This document shows positions 39,924-52,792 of a DNA stretch of 64,000 bases, piece after piece. How positions within the stretch are numbered: the stretch's first letter is position 1; every line of letters begins with the position of its first letter. The notes below the pieces were generated by a model. That model had not been told where the DNA came from, did not search any database, and was given only the letters and a program-made list of their open reading frames with translations. The position numbers were made by a program, and so were the translations under genes. The DNA lies in NCBI GenBank assembly GCA_000320545.1, contig ADNK01001953.1:79966-143965 (forward strand), in the 5' to 3' direction. Source of the DNA: Bigelowiella natans CCMP2755 (Eukaryota > Protista > Cercozoa).

Positions 39924-41367
39924 ATGGCTGACATGAAGTTGTTGAGGGATGTGGAACTCCCGTCGGGACGGCCATGCCCGGACTCTTATGTAGATGACTG
40001 GGAAGAGGTCCATCGAATATTCGACTGTTATTCAGGGATGCATGAATTACTACTCTCCTCCTAATAATATAATGTGGAAATGGTGATGCAGGTTGAGAAT
40101 AGACCCTGGGCTTCGAAACGTGTACGGAGGGAGACTGGCTGTCTTGGGGAAGATTTTGTGAAAGTAGTCGTCGTCGTCTATTGTATGCATTCATGATTAC
40201 AACAAGATAATTGCCTGACATCAATCGCCACTCCTCTCACAGATGAATTGAAAATTGTTACTACTACTACTACTACTACTACTACTACATTGTAGCATCA
40301 CAACTTGGTCCCCATGCGATGGTATTGGAGCCCTTTTCGGTACTACTACTAGTAGTAGCAGTAGCAATAGTAGTAGCTTTCAATTCGATGATTCATGGCG
40401 AAGCTTGATTATGATTAATATGGCAGAAAAGTACTACAGGGATGTGCAAAATTCCCAATGGATGTTGAGGTTGGTGTATAGTAGTAGTAGTACCACAACA
40501 AAGAAGCAGCACATAAAATAATTATCGTGCAACACACACCATAGTTCAATACTGATATGATGATGAATAAGATATGTGAAATCGCAATCATTCGCTCAGT
40601 TGTTTTGTTTTACCTAATCTCTCTTTATCTCCGTTTCCAAGGGACCGCCTCGGCGCGCACATGGGGCCAGTATCGCTATGGTATTTGATGAGGTAATAAT
40701 TATTAAAACTACTACTACTACTACAAGTACCACTATTATTATCTATCCCTCGAAGCCAACTCCATAGTACGTTATATCTGTGCAACAACACTCTCGAAAT
40801 GATGCGTTTATTATCATCGATGAGGACAGATAATGATGATATCAATTATACGCACCACCAGGTATTAGCATATCCAGTGTGGAGACTAGTCGATGAGAAA
40901 TATGGAATGGGTGAGCATATTATTCACACTCCACCATATACTTGAATCATCGTTGAACTATTGGAAATACTTTATCTTTTCCGTGCGGCACAACTATGTC
41001 TTTTTGTAGTAAACTACAGAATCATTAACTTTGTTTATTTATCAAGCTTGTTCGTCTATCCCTTAACAAGAATATACATCTGTATGGACATTACTGCGAC
41101 TCCCTCCATCATTCAGGAGTAACAGCCAAGTTGTCAGTTTCATACAAGGCTGCTCTGCCCCTTGGTTCTACAGCTGCATTTCAGTGTAGGGTAAGTACTC
41201 ACAAGAGGGAAGAACGATGACCATCGTCGCAGCAGTAGTGATAGTAGAAATATCGGCTAGCAGCTGCGACTGCTGCTGCGAAACAGAAGGGGGCTTGGGG
41301 GTGAGGGTAGAGAGTCAGCAGAAGGTAGTTTGACGGAGTAGACACCGGCGCGCACTCATGCACACAC

Positions 41368-41405
<38 letters not shown>

Positions 41406-41887
41406 CGCACTCACACTCACACCCTAGGCGAACTGGGAGTGGTTAAACAAGAACACTTTTTTGCCACAATTGAAACAACAACAACAACAACAACTTCTAT
41501 CTGGATATATTATTAAATTGGTGTGGATGCATGGCGAAGCGAAGGAGGCCGTTTAATGCTATTAATGTCGTGAATATATAGTTTTTTCACTTACATTCTT
41601 TGGCATTAGTTGGTAAAGAAAGAAGGCCGAAAATGGTGGGTTACTGCTGAACTTACAGATCCTAAAACACATAAGGTACTACTGCCTCAATTACTCTCTA
41701 AGCGCATATTTGTACTCCCTAATGCGTATGCTCCTCCATAACAAAGAGCTTCGATTCAAAATAAATTACATCAAAAATATGGCAATAATACGTTGCATTC
41801 ATGTGGTATGAGTAGGTTTTCGCACAGGGCGAAGCATTATTCGTCTCTATACGTCTTCCTCAGATGAGATGGAGGTCATTTCTATGA
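39924..41887 (+). CDS. Acyl-CoA thioesterase, hotdog fold (THEM4/PaaI-like)
   Basis: Spliced KVLQGCAKFPMDVE|GPPRRAHGASIAMVFDE|VLAYPVW...G|VTAKLSVSYKAALPLGSTAAFQCR|LVKKEGRKWWVTAELTDPKTHK|VFAQGEALFV matches the GPP..HGG....DE and TA.L.V.Y..P.P pattern of THEM4-like proteins. The start may lie further upstream. Confidence 0.85.
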
Positions 41888-41902
41888 CAAATATAAGTAC
41901 CT

Positions 41903-41940
<38 letters not shown>

Positions 41941-41944
41941 TTTA

Positions 41945-42030
41945 TATCTAAGCGCTGTAGCCGCAGTGTTAGAAAGCTACATTAGGATGACAATTGAAAA
42001 AATATAATATAATCATTACATCCGCCTCAC
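41945..42030 (+). repeat. Copy D of the ~110-bp repeat family (TpA-intact), abutting a (TA)n tract
   Basis: taagcgctgtagccgc...agctacattaggatgacaattgaaaaaa...tcattacatccgcctcac; near-identical in its core to 50464-50543. Confidence 0.85.
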
Positions 42031-42317
42031 ATGCTAGCATGCATATATTATGTATGCGTCACAACGTGCATCTGTAGAGCTTGTATACTTGCGCTAGCGC
42101 CAGCAATATGTGAAGATTTTAGCTTGCTTCATCTTGCTTAGCAAATTAACAATCATGATAGCGCTGCTGGCAGCTTATATATATTGCCGCAAACTCTCCC
42201 GCTGATGCATACGCGTTAAATACAGTATATATCCGATACCTCACAACTTTATACATGTACGATACCTCACAACTTTATACATGTACTGCCCAGGAGCCGC
42301 AACAAGGAGTTCTCATA

Positions 42318-42872
42318 TGAGACGATAAATACAATGAATAAATGAATTGCATTCCATCTCAATAGATGTTCTAATGTAGCTGCGCAAAGCTAAAAAAAGC
42401 CACCACCAATATGCTTCATGCTTCGATCACCACTGGCATGTCTAGATGCACATGTGAGCATGCTGCAAGAGCCAAAGCACACATGTGAACACGTGTGTGT
42501 GTGTGTGTGCACCTAGACACGTGAGACGGGTGCAATGAAATACAATGTTCAATTTTTTCCAATTGTCATGTGCATGCACACACATGCTAGCATGTGCACA
42601 TGTACTAGATGCATGCAAGACGGATGCAATGCTGTAAAATGTGTGTTCAAATTTTTCCACATGTGTGCACACATGTCTAGATGTGCATCCATGTGTGTGC
42701 TGCATTGCACAGCTTGACTACATTGGGACATCTAGACGTGCATGTGAGACGGATCGGATGTGATGAAATGTTTGATTTTTTTCAATGGTTCATCCTGGTG
42801 TAGCTGGCTGCAGAGCAGCGGCTACACTAGCACAGCGCTCAGCAGTTGCATGCATCTGTTTGTTTCTTGTGT
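42318..42872 (-). repeat. Cluster of inverted copies of the ~110-bp repeat: partial copies at ~42318, ~42521 and ~42617, fuller copy B at 42744-42872; increasingly TpA-eroded
   Basis: The reverse complement of 42744-42872 reads aagaaacaaacagatgcatgcaactgctgagcgctgtgctagtgtagccgctgctctgcagccagctacaccaggatgaaccattgaaaaaaatcaaacatttcatcacatccgatccgtctcac. Confidence 0.8.
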
Positions 42873-43164
42873 CACAACACGTTGCATGCATGTGAAAGCA
42901 TTGCATTTTTGTCGGCCATGTCGTGCTTTGCACGCAGCGGTGCGAGCTCTTTTCTCTGTCTTTGTGAGGCGCTTCATTTCATCGTTGCGGTTCATCATGG
43001 GTGTCAGTTTGTTCAATCTGAGCTTTTGATGTTCACACTTCCTGCATTGGAGGAGATGGTCCATGTTGTCATCATCATGTTCTGCAGCGTGCCACAAGTC
43101 TAGATGTGCACATGCACACGTGCATGTCTAGATGGACACATGCACATCACAAGCAGATGCCATG

Positions 43165-43646
43165 CTTTCCAGCAAAATCGGTTTTTTGACATTGCAAAAA
43201 CAAACTTTGCACGTGCAAAATCGGAATTTTCACTGATTTTGGACCAAAATCGAAAATTCACCCATTTTGCTTGCAAAAATGAGGTTTTTGACCAACCTTG
43301 CGTGAAAATGCCTTGCACCATCGGTTCTCAAGGGGCGAATTCGACCGAGTCACAAACCCGTGCAAGTGGGTGCAGCTTGACTGAAACAGCAAGTTCGAAG
43401 CCAAAACACGATGATTTTTTTCTGCGACAAGATCAAATGCTCAATTTGAGGCATGACCCACGTTCAAAGCTAGAAAGTGAAAAATTGTGCCCATTTGCAT
43501 GCAAATGAAAAACATGACCAATTTTGCATGCAAAATTTGCAATTTCCGTTTTTGCATGAGACACCGATTTTGGAGCAAAATCGGATCAAACCGATTTTGC
43601 AATGTCAAAAAACCGATTTTGCTTGCACACCGATTTTGCTGGGAAG
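43165..43646. mobile_element. 482-bp non-autonomous DNA transposon (MITE) with TIRs CTT(T/C)CCAGCAAAATCGG and subterminal GCAAAATCGG repeats
   Basis: Left end ctttccagcaaaatcggttttttgacattgcaaaa; right end ttttgcaatgtcaaaaaaccgattttgc...ccgattttgctgggaag. Confidence 0.8.
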
Positions 43647-44089
43647 CCATGTGTGACATGTTTGTGGCACGCTGAAAGACATGGATCATCCGTTTTGTGT
43701 GTAAATGCACACACATGTTCGTAGCGCATCACAGTGGATATGTCACAATGTATGCATGGTGTAGAAACGCTACTAGCTTTGCTCACCGCTGTGACTTCAA
43801 AGGCATTGCGTTATAAAAATTGCTAGGAGTACTGGAGAGGAAAGCTAGGTGTATATCAGTGGAAATATCTTCATCAAGAGAATTTGATGACTGTCTTCGT
43901 CTGGTCGTGTGCTTGCATAGTGAGTCATTCTTATGCTGATTTCTACCTCCACAAATACAAGTTGACAGTGTTAGGCCCTCCTGGGAGAACTGCTTCATGT
44001 CAAAACTTTGAATCAACACTGCGTTGCTAAGGGCTAATTACATGATGTCTGCTCTAATAATGGTTTGTTGACATCATAGGACTGCTGCT

Positions 44090-45244
44090 TTAACAACGCC
44101 TTTTTCCATTCACCCACACCTGCTCAATATCGGATAGAAAACCGAGCAATCATCGATTGGCAACAATCTAACAAATAACAACGGTGTATCATCATCAATA
44201 ATCATCAGGCGAGGAATGCTGTATATTGTGGACATGATTATGTCTAAATATCGTCTCGTCTCCTCATGATTATGTGTTGAAGGGTATCGGATACTAGCAC
44301 CACCTGTTTGATGTTTCTACTATCACCAAGATGGACAAATCGTTCAAATTCCTTTCCGAAGAAGGGTGATGGGTGTTAGTAGGTGATAAATCAATCAATA
44401 AACCAATCAATCAATCAATCAGCAGCAATGTGTTGATTGTGATCCAGTAGTACCAATATTCGGTTTTTATGATGTATCAATATGTCAACAGCAGTTATGT
44501 CAAATCAAAATTTCAACCTATGCTTTTGCACTATATAATGATATACTACAAAGTTCTTAAAATACAGAAATTTTTACAAAGTATTCTACAAGATAGTAAT
44601 ATATGTTAAGAGAAGAAAAGGTGGAGTGGTAGCACAACGCTGTTAAAGAAAATTTGGAATTTGATTTGTTATGAGACCTCCATATCCGTTGCGGGACGAC
44701 CGATATCAAAGGGGTCAATATTGTGGAGATGTTTGTGCTGCTGATGCTGCTGCTTCTGGGGTATATAATGTTGGTGTTGTTCATCAGTTTCTTCTCTGTG
44801 TTCTTGTGTATCCTCAATATCTACCACGAGAGCATCAAAACATTTTCCCACCTCAAATGAACCGATCTGAGGAGAACATCCACCCCAACGAATAGACAGC
44901 ACCAACAACACTCGAAGTAATTAGCATTTGACAGCACCATCACTGAAAACACATACTAATCTATCCCCTCTATGAATAATGCGGGGCATCATCATCATCA
45001 TCATCATCCATGAAACTACTATCAATACAACCATAGCACGACAGTGTAGTTATACCGTCTCTCTGCCTCTCTCTCTCTCCCTCTGTCTCTCTTAACCAAC
45101 ATGACGTATGTAGTACACGCAGTGTATATCAATACAATAGAAACGATACGATACCTCATTTCCTAGATTCAGAGCCTCAGCACCCCCTTGGGTCGCCATC
45201 CAAAATACAGTTTCACTTGTTAGCACATCTTCATATTCAGAAAG

Positions 45245-45275
<31 letters not shown>

Positions 45276-45793
45276 GATTCCCTTTGCTTCTCCATGTTTG
45301 AAATCTTGAATGGATAGATATATCCATGATCAATAACAACAAACAGTAACAACAATAGAAGAGTTTAGACCATTGTTCGTTGGCATCTGTTCAAATGTAT
45401 GTTTTGTCAGTTTTTCCTCCCTCCTCCCTCTCATTCTCCTCCTCATATGTACTAAAAAATATGAATAATATATACATATATCACATCCTGCACTTGTACC
45501 AATATGGCCTTATGCGTTAACAGCGCTGTTCTCATGGCATTTAGCATAGAAATCGAGTAGCCTCCAGCAATATCAGATCTTTATATGAGTAAATTATGAT
45601 GTAGGGATGTAGTGTTGGGTAGGGTTGTGTTGATCAGTACTACTAACAACGAATCATCCTTCTTCATGTCAGTCCGTTGATGGTGGTGTTGCTGCCAATC
45701 TAATGCTCACTAACGTAGTACGTACATCGTGAAATAGATCTAAATCTCGTCTACCAGGATACTGTCGCTCAACCTGGTGTAATACATAACAAC

Positions 45794-45835
<42 letters not shown>

Positions 45836-46135
45836 AGCAGCAAGAAGCATTATATCAGTTTATTTTTAGTGATAGTAGCAGCCATGGAAGTGAATAAAAA
45901 TAAAGGTCCTTCTTATGACTGATACCACTGAGATAAGTCAACATCGAAAGTTATCAGAAGAATATGTTCATGATGACAACCTCTTCCATTACATCCAAAC
46001 TCTCAGAAACATGCGATTGAATATGGCATCGGTGTCTAAGAAGGTGAGTAAGTAATAAAAACAATAACAATCATCACGTTGCTCAACCGATGAGGATGAA
46101 TGCATGACCCCCGTACTATAAAATGCTGCTATACA

Positions 46136-46167
<32 letters not shown>

Positions 46168-47152
46168 CCATCATGTTACTACTTCTACTACTAAGACCTG
46201 GTAGCTATGTCGCCTAATCCCTTCAATAGATCAAGAGAGCAAGTTGGCAGGTACCTTCAATATTTCTCACTATATTCACCCACTTAATAGCACGGGTAAG
46301 TACTACTACCTCGGTGTTATTACAGGCAGTACTAAGCCTTCTTCATTTCCTTCATCCACTGTAAAAAACGAGGAGGAAGGGATTTGGCAACACATGGATG
46401 GAATAAATAGTAAACATCATCGTTATTGTTCATGAGGAACTGTATTGATGACAGCAGTATATAGAGTGCATGGTGTCAAAATGGCTATAGATATTGGGCC
46501 GATAACAATAATAATAATGATACTAATAATAATAGTAACATGATAATAAGAGTACACGCACGTACACTTACTAAGGCGGCTTTGAGAAGAGAATTCTGGG
46601 TTGATGAGGTATTCGACGAAGGTTTCAGCATCCTTTAGTGCTGCATCTGTTCTTTGTCCGTATTGAGGAACACCTGGATTTATATCCATGGATATAGGCC
46701 CCACGAAACCCCTTTGGCCCTTTATGTGATGATGATGATGATGATGATTATGATGGAAGAAGTAGAAATAGAAGAAGAGGAAGAAGAAGGAGAAGAAGAA
46801 GAAGAAGAAGAAGAAGAAGAATAAAGAAGAAGATCAAGAAGAAGATTATGATGGAAGAAGTAGAAATAGAAGAAGAGGAAGAAGAAGGAGAAGAAGAAGA
46901 AGAAGAACTCTCGATAGTAGTCAGGATCCCTATTCTAACGATCCCACTCACAGAAGAGAAGAAGAAAAAGTAATCAGATAAAGAAACGATGATAGACTAA
47001 AATATTCCTACTTATATCAACATCTTACAATTGAAGTCATTGTGTCTGCAAGGATCATCGTAGCTTCTTTATGAATCGTCGCAAAATACATGGCACATGT
47101 TGTTCCTATAACAATGATGTTAACAATGCCTGTATGCAATGATGATGATGAT

Positions 47153-47183
<31 letters not shown>

Positions 47184-48260
47184 ACCTTCTCTGAGTGCAC
47201 GAGAAACGACCGATTTATAGCGCCTTTTCGCTAATCTTGAATCCCGAAAAGATTCCTTCGCATTATTTGCAAGCAGGACACACAGATCAGCAACACTCGT
47301 CGTTGATTTATTTGCAAGCAGGACACACAGATCAGGAAGACTCGTCGTTGATTTATTTGCAAGCAGGACACACAGATCAGCAACATCCATCGTTGATTTT
47401 TTAGGCTGTGCTTGCTATATGTGTCAATGATCGAACACTATGTTGTTTCCTAACTAAACAAGTACTAATGCAACAAGATGGAACGGTTTGTTGGGTCTTT
47501 TCATTGCTGATATTTACTGCTTGCTACTACAACCACTTACCTCAACTGGAAAGGTATAATGATCAAGCCATTGGAGAAGTGGTCGGTCAAGACCTGTCCC
47601 CTACACAAACGAACAATCCACCTTGCAATTTATTCCATAAGTCAAGCCGTATTATATATCACTCTTAACTACCGTGTAAGAATATTGTGGCGCGTGTATG
47701 TGCACATCAATAAATCCTGGAATTAGAAATTTTCCTGGTCCTCGAAGGTCGATGGTTGTCTTGGTGTTCGACTACATTATCAACACATATTCAGCAGCTA
47801 AGTTGTGTCCGTTTAGAAAATGCAAATAAATGACGGGGTTACTACGTACTCTGATATCGTGCGAATATCTAATATCCCATTAACATGACGTCGATGCATT
47901 TCTAATATATCTTTCGACTTCGGTAGGTTGTTGCCCCTACAGTATAACATGAAGATGTGCAGCTTGTTTCCCCATCATCTGCCATTGCCTCGATGGAGAC
48001 GATCTTGCCTTAGAGTATGAAAAATGTCTCTTATTGTTTCCCTTTTAATACTCAACAAGCTCCTCAGTCACCACCTTTCCGATCAATGAGCATCTCTACG
48101 TTGTTAATCTCAACCTAGTAGTAGACATGATTAACGACGAGAACAAAAGAAGGGTGATAGGCTAAGGAATCATGCGGTTCTGCCATTTGCATATTAGGTT
48201 CTTGACCTTCTTCTTACTAGCTGCGGGACAATGAGCAATACGAGCCAGAAAGCGTTTCAT
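44090..48260 (-). CDS. GDA: Guanine deaminase (amidohydrolase superfamily), multi-exon
   Basis: GKFLIPGFIDVHIHAPQYSYT (HxH metal motif), GLDRPLLQWLDHYTFPVE, SRALREG|TTCAMYFATIH, VFWMATQGGAEALNL, IGSFEVGKCFDALVVD, FVHLGDSRNIKQ|VWVNGK. An upstream 5' exon is likely. Confidence 0.93.
47263..47397. repeat. Intronic minisatellite, 3 x 45 bp
   Basis: Unit ttatttgcaagcaggacacacagatcagcaacactcgtcgttgat repeated three times with few substitutions, just upstream of a GDA acceptor site. Confidence 0.95.
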
Positions 48261-49119
48261 CTGTGGGAAGTAGCTTACGAGGAGGACAAGACACTCCTCG
48301 GATGGAGAAGATACTCGTACGAGAAGAATTAAGAAATTTAGTAGACACAATAATCCTTGTCGCAATGTATTAAGCCCCCATCGCTAGTGGAATTTTGTTC
48401 AATTTAAAATTTACCTAGATTTTTAAAAGAAGACATCTCCCTCGCTTACATGTATTTAATTTAACACTCGTACGTACTCCAATTCTGAACCCTAATAAAG
48501 GTGTAGATCTCGTACCGGTAGTCAAGTCTAACCCAATAAATTAAGGTAAATTAATGACAATCCCGATGTGATCTGTGCGATGGATGTTGCATCGGATGCA
48601 CCATCATCTCTGTTTGCTTCTTTTTCGATACTATGATGCAACAATAGATGTACAGTGCAGTCCATTTCCTAATTTTTAATCAGAAAAATCGGGATTTCTC
48701 GATAACCCCATAATGGAACAATGTAAAACACAAAAAGTTAAGCCCAAATATGAGTTTGACTTTGACATAGTGTAATATTCATCTACGACTTGATGTATAG
48801 ATTCAAAAAGAAGTTAATTTGCGAGGCTTCGTTCCCCCTAGTTTAGTTCATATTTCTGATTATGATAATCTCATAGCAGAACAACAACTGGAAGAAGAGT
48901 CCCTGAAACACCATACTTTTGGCATTGAGACAAGATTATCATATCATTTAGATCTATAATGGCCTGATTTTTGTATTTTTTAATCCATAAACTGCTCCAA
49001 ACAAAGACTGCACACAGTCTCACCAGTAACCACATTCATCCGTCGGGAGAATCGAGTAGACATAACACGGCCTCTCCTCCCCCCCTACAAAGTTGACAGA
49101 TCCGAGCTGAACAGGATTT

Positions 49120-49872
49120 ATGAAGCGTATTCAACGTGCAGTAGCGTCCTTACTGGAGGTGGAGTCTCGCAAAGCTCGCAGTGCACCCGGTTCGGCACGA
49201 CGGAGCATCCGACGGAAAGTGAAGAAGCGAGGATTGGCCCACAGATGGATGTCCACTGTGGTCATGGCTAGGGAGCAGGTGACTTCATTTGGATCCTCTG
49301 CAGTGAGAAACGTTCCTCCCATTAAGTTCCTTGTGAGAAACGCGAAGGCATATCCATTTGCGGCAGCTGGGCTGGCCCTTGGAGCCAGATACGGTATTGG
49401 CGATGGCATCGTTCAACTGCTATCAGGAGATCGCTGGGATCCTTCTCGCTCCCTTCTCTTCGCAAGCTTTGGTGCTACATACGCTTGCACGTTTGGTTAC
49501 GGAGTATATAATATCCTCTATCCAAGATTCGCACCTAAAGGCTGGCCATTGATGCTCGCTCTCTTTGACGCATGCACAAACTGTGCATTCCTGTACTTTC
49601 CTGTCTACTATGTTTTCAAGCAATTTACTTATGAATCAACAGAAGAAATTGTCAAGAATCCTATGAAAGTTGTGAAAGGTGGGATTAATACATGGTGGAC
49701 CTCTCTCCCGACCGACTTCAAATCCTGCACCACATTCTGGATACCGATGAATTATTTGAATTTCTGGCTCATGCCTCTTCATCTAAGACAACCCTTTATG
49801 TCCGTTGTTGGAATCGGATGGGCAATGATATTATCAAAAAATAGAGGGGCTCGAAAACCAGCAAATGAATAA
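49120..49872 (+). CDS. Mpv17/PMP22 family membrane protein, intronless
   Basis: GIGDGIVQ, WDPSRSLLFASFG, LALFDACTNCAFLYFPVYY, FWIPMNYLNFWLMPLHLRQPFMSVVGIGWAMILS are Mpv17/PMP22 hallmarks. Confidence 0.92.
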   Translation: MKRIQRAVASLLEVESRKARSAPGSARRSIRRKVKKRGLAHRWMSTVVMAREQVTSFGSSAVRNVPPIKFLVRNAKAYPFAAAGLALGARYGIGDGIVQLLSGDRWDPSRSLLFASFGATYACTFGYGVYNILYPRFAPKGWPLMLALFDACTNCAFLYFPVYYVFKQFTYESTEEIVKNPMKVVKGGINTWWTSLPTDFKSCTTFWIPMNYLNFWLMPLHLRQPFMSVVGIGWAMILSKNRGARKPANE

Positions 49873-50440
49873 AGACAAGCAGGCCTCTCGTGAAGCAGTC
49901 CTAGCATCCTTTTTTGAAAATCAGGACATGTAGATACCTCGATTGATGGTATTGTGTGACACACGGGGAGGCACTAAATCTATCTAAAAATCCCAGTCAG
50001 TACAGTAACTTTAGAACTAAATGTCAGTGTCTCAGTTCAACCTGTAAAGATGAAAAAAAATGAGTTTTATGATAACGTCGAAAATTTAAAAAGAAGTTTC
50101 ATTTTTATTATGCATTCGCATACGACACAATGACATTGGCTTCAAAGTGACACGTGTATGTGTGTATAAGCTGGATCTCTCACTAGCAGCGATTAACACT
50201 TAACATTCATTTCAGCATTCACTAGCATGCATGCTGAGACGTACGTTGACGCCAACAGCGCTAAGCACACACGCCAGTCGCCGGCCATGCGTCCGGTCTT
50301 ATAGATGGACACAGCAACTACATTTTGCGGCTGCAGCATGCTGTCTAGCTGTGCTAGTGTGCACATACTTTGGCTGCACACTGCTAGACTGCTAGACTGC
50401 TATACATACCATAGTACGTGCTACAGAGTGCACACATGAC

Positions 50441-50545
50441 AACAGAAACAAATAGATACAACTTAAGCGCTGTAGCCGCTGCTTTACATAGCTACATTAG
50501 GATGACAATTGAAAAAAATTAAACATTTCATTACATCCGTCTCGT
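50441..50545 (+). repeat. Copy A of the ~110-bp repeat family (TpA-intact reference copy)
   Basis: aacagaaacaaatagatacaacttaagcgctgtagccgctgctttacatagctacattaggatgacaattgaaaaaaattaaacatttcattacatccgtctc. Confidence 0.85.
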
Positions 50546-50684
50546 AGAGTGCATGACGACGGCGTGTCGTCATGCATGAGCATGCATATATGGCGCGGCA
50601 TGGACCAGACGCACTTTATGTATATAGCACCTCTGCCGTACGTCAGCATATAAGCAAGGCTAGAAGGCCTAATAATAGACATAG

Positions 50685-50730
<46 letters not shown>

Positions 50731-50854
50731 TCCTAGATATCAGCTACGCTAGCTAGCTAGCTAGTGCGTGCAGCATCATGCAGCGCTAGAGCGCTGGAGC
50801 GGCCGCAATGTTGATTGCATGCAGCTGCGAAATTTGCAGCTAGCTGTTCTGGCA

Positions 50855-50895
50855 CTTTCCAGCAGAATCGGGTCACGCCGATTTTTGCTGGGAAG
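50855..50895. mobile_element. 41-bp TIR-only derivative of the 43165-43646 MITE
   Basis: ctttccagcagaatcgg-gtcacg-ccgatttttgctgggaag has the same slightly asymmetric left and right ends as the 482-bp element. Confidence 0.7.
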
Positions 50896-51390
50896 ACATT
50901 GCAGCTGTTGCATCATACATGCCACAAATCCTACACATACAGCGGGAGCTATATGCTCCCTTTAACGATGCGAAGATATAGTTTCTAGAGTCTTCATAAA
51001 ATACCCTATCGGCACATTAGATGTCAAGCAGGACGAGCACATTTTGAATGAGCTCGGTCTCAAATCTCTCATAGATAGCGCTCCTTTTCAATTGATTATC
51101 GCTGTGCGACTGTTGTAAGTGGAAACCTGGTACAAGGGCACGTGGTAAGTATGAAACTACAACTGATCAACTGCCTCATGCGCCAACAATTCTGTATCAT
51201 TTTCTAACACAGCACACGTGGTAGTTGCAGTTTAAAGTATGTGCTTTGGATATAATATATAACACAGAACGACTCATTCCATTATCACGAAAGGGTAAAA
51301 CAGTAGGGCAAAAAAGTACATAAAATTGAAATACATCATGGTTGAATCTATTGGTACAACACATCTTAATTTTCAATACTACATATATTA

Positions 51391-52758
51391 CTACCCTGGG
51401 GTGCTCCATCCCTTCTTTTTCAATCTGATCAAGCAATAATAAAAAATACTATCGAGGCCACAATGCAATAATACTGTGCATGCGAGTTGCAAGGATATCC
51501 GCCGAGTATTATGTATGCATGCATATGTATACGAACCCATTCGCATGCATGCATATGTGTACGAACCCATTCGCGATAAAATTGAGGCGGTATGCATTTA
51601 CTCCTGAGAATGCAAAAAGTTATGATTACTATTACCATCAGATACAATTTATTTGTGTAATATTGTTCAAAAGTGATTAGACACCAAAATCGCTGTCGCC
51701 CTGTCGAGATGCACTTCGGTAATTGACCTTTCCTGCATAACGATGATATGCCACCATCAATTATTACTACTTATTGTGTCACAATGGAAGAAAAAGAAGA
51801 AAAAGAAGAAGAAGAAGAAGAAGATTGTGTAGGCCTAGCATGAAACGTAGCACGCTTTAGTTCTACTGGAATGAAACTATGCCATAGATTCTGGCAGCAG
51901 TGTTTGATATATTACCTTCCATTACATTAAACTCAACATCATCTATGAAGCCGAACTTCTTGCTTTCGTATTCGAGCTGGAAGTAACCCTGCGATGTTGT
52001 TGATGATGATTGACGATGATGATGATGATGATGATAATATTGCTATAGGACACAATCATGTTCTAAAAATACTATTAATAGTAGCGTATTATGAAGAAAT
52101 TTATTTCGAGTGCCAGCACGACAATTGAAGCAGCTCATCTTTTCACATGAAAAAAGGTGTATACAACGTACCCCATCATTTGCCATTAGACGCCATCCAC
52201 CTCCGTCGACGATGTCTTTTAAAACAGAAATATAAAGCAAGGAATATGATATAACACGCACCATGTAACACTGCAGAGGTCCCATGTCATTCTTCGTCAT
52301 CAAATTGTGATTCAGTCTCGAATGTCTTTGAAGGGAACTTTCTTCTTACAAATTCATATACTATTATTATTATTACTACTATTATTAGATAGACCACCTT
52401 TGTCATTGATGCGTTGTCCTTCCTTCGGGTAGCTATAATAGCAGCAAAATAATGATGAATAACAGCAATTCAAAAGAAGACATAGGGTCTTCTTCTTCTT
52501 CTTCTTCTTCTTCTTCTTCTTCTTCAATGGGAGGAATATGGGCTACATACCGGACTACTACTATTAATGTAGTACTACCTCATGAGCACGTCCTTCAGGT
52601 CTGCGATTGCCGCCTCTTTATCTTTGCTGTGTGGTGTGGTGTAATGTGTGATTTGATGTTGGTCAGTACTTCTGGAATATGTACAAGAAGGCTACTACTA
52701 AAATTGTACTTCTCCTACTAGGTTACAATAGAGGTTAAGTAGTAGTGGTGGTAGTAGC

Positions 52759-52792
<34 letters not shown>

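Noticed and set aside
42440-43720. CpG-methylation decay or classical RIP as the explanation for the TG/CA excess
   Set aside because: CpG is abundant and TpA is the missing dinucleotide; RIP would increase TpA.
47263-47397. Possible CRISPR-like array or coding repeat (DLCVLLANKSTTS)
   Set aside because: Contiguous 45-bp units with no unique spacers, lying inside a guanine deaminase intron.
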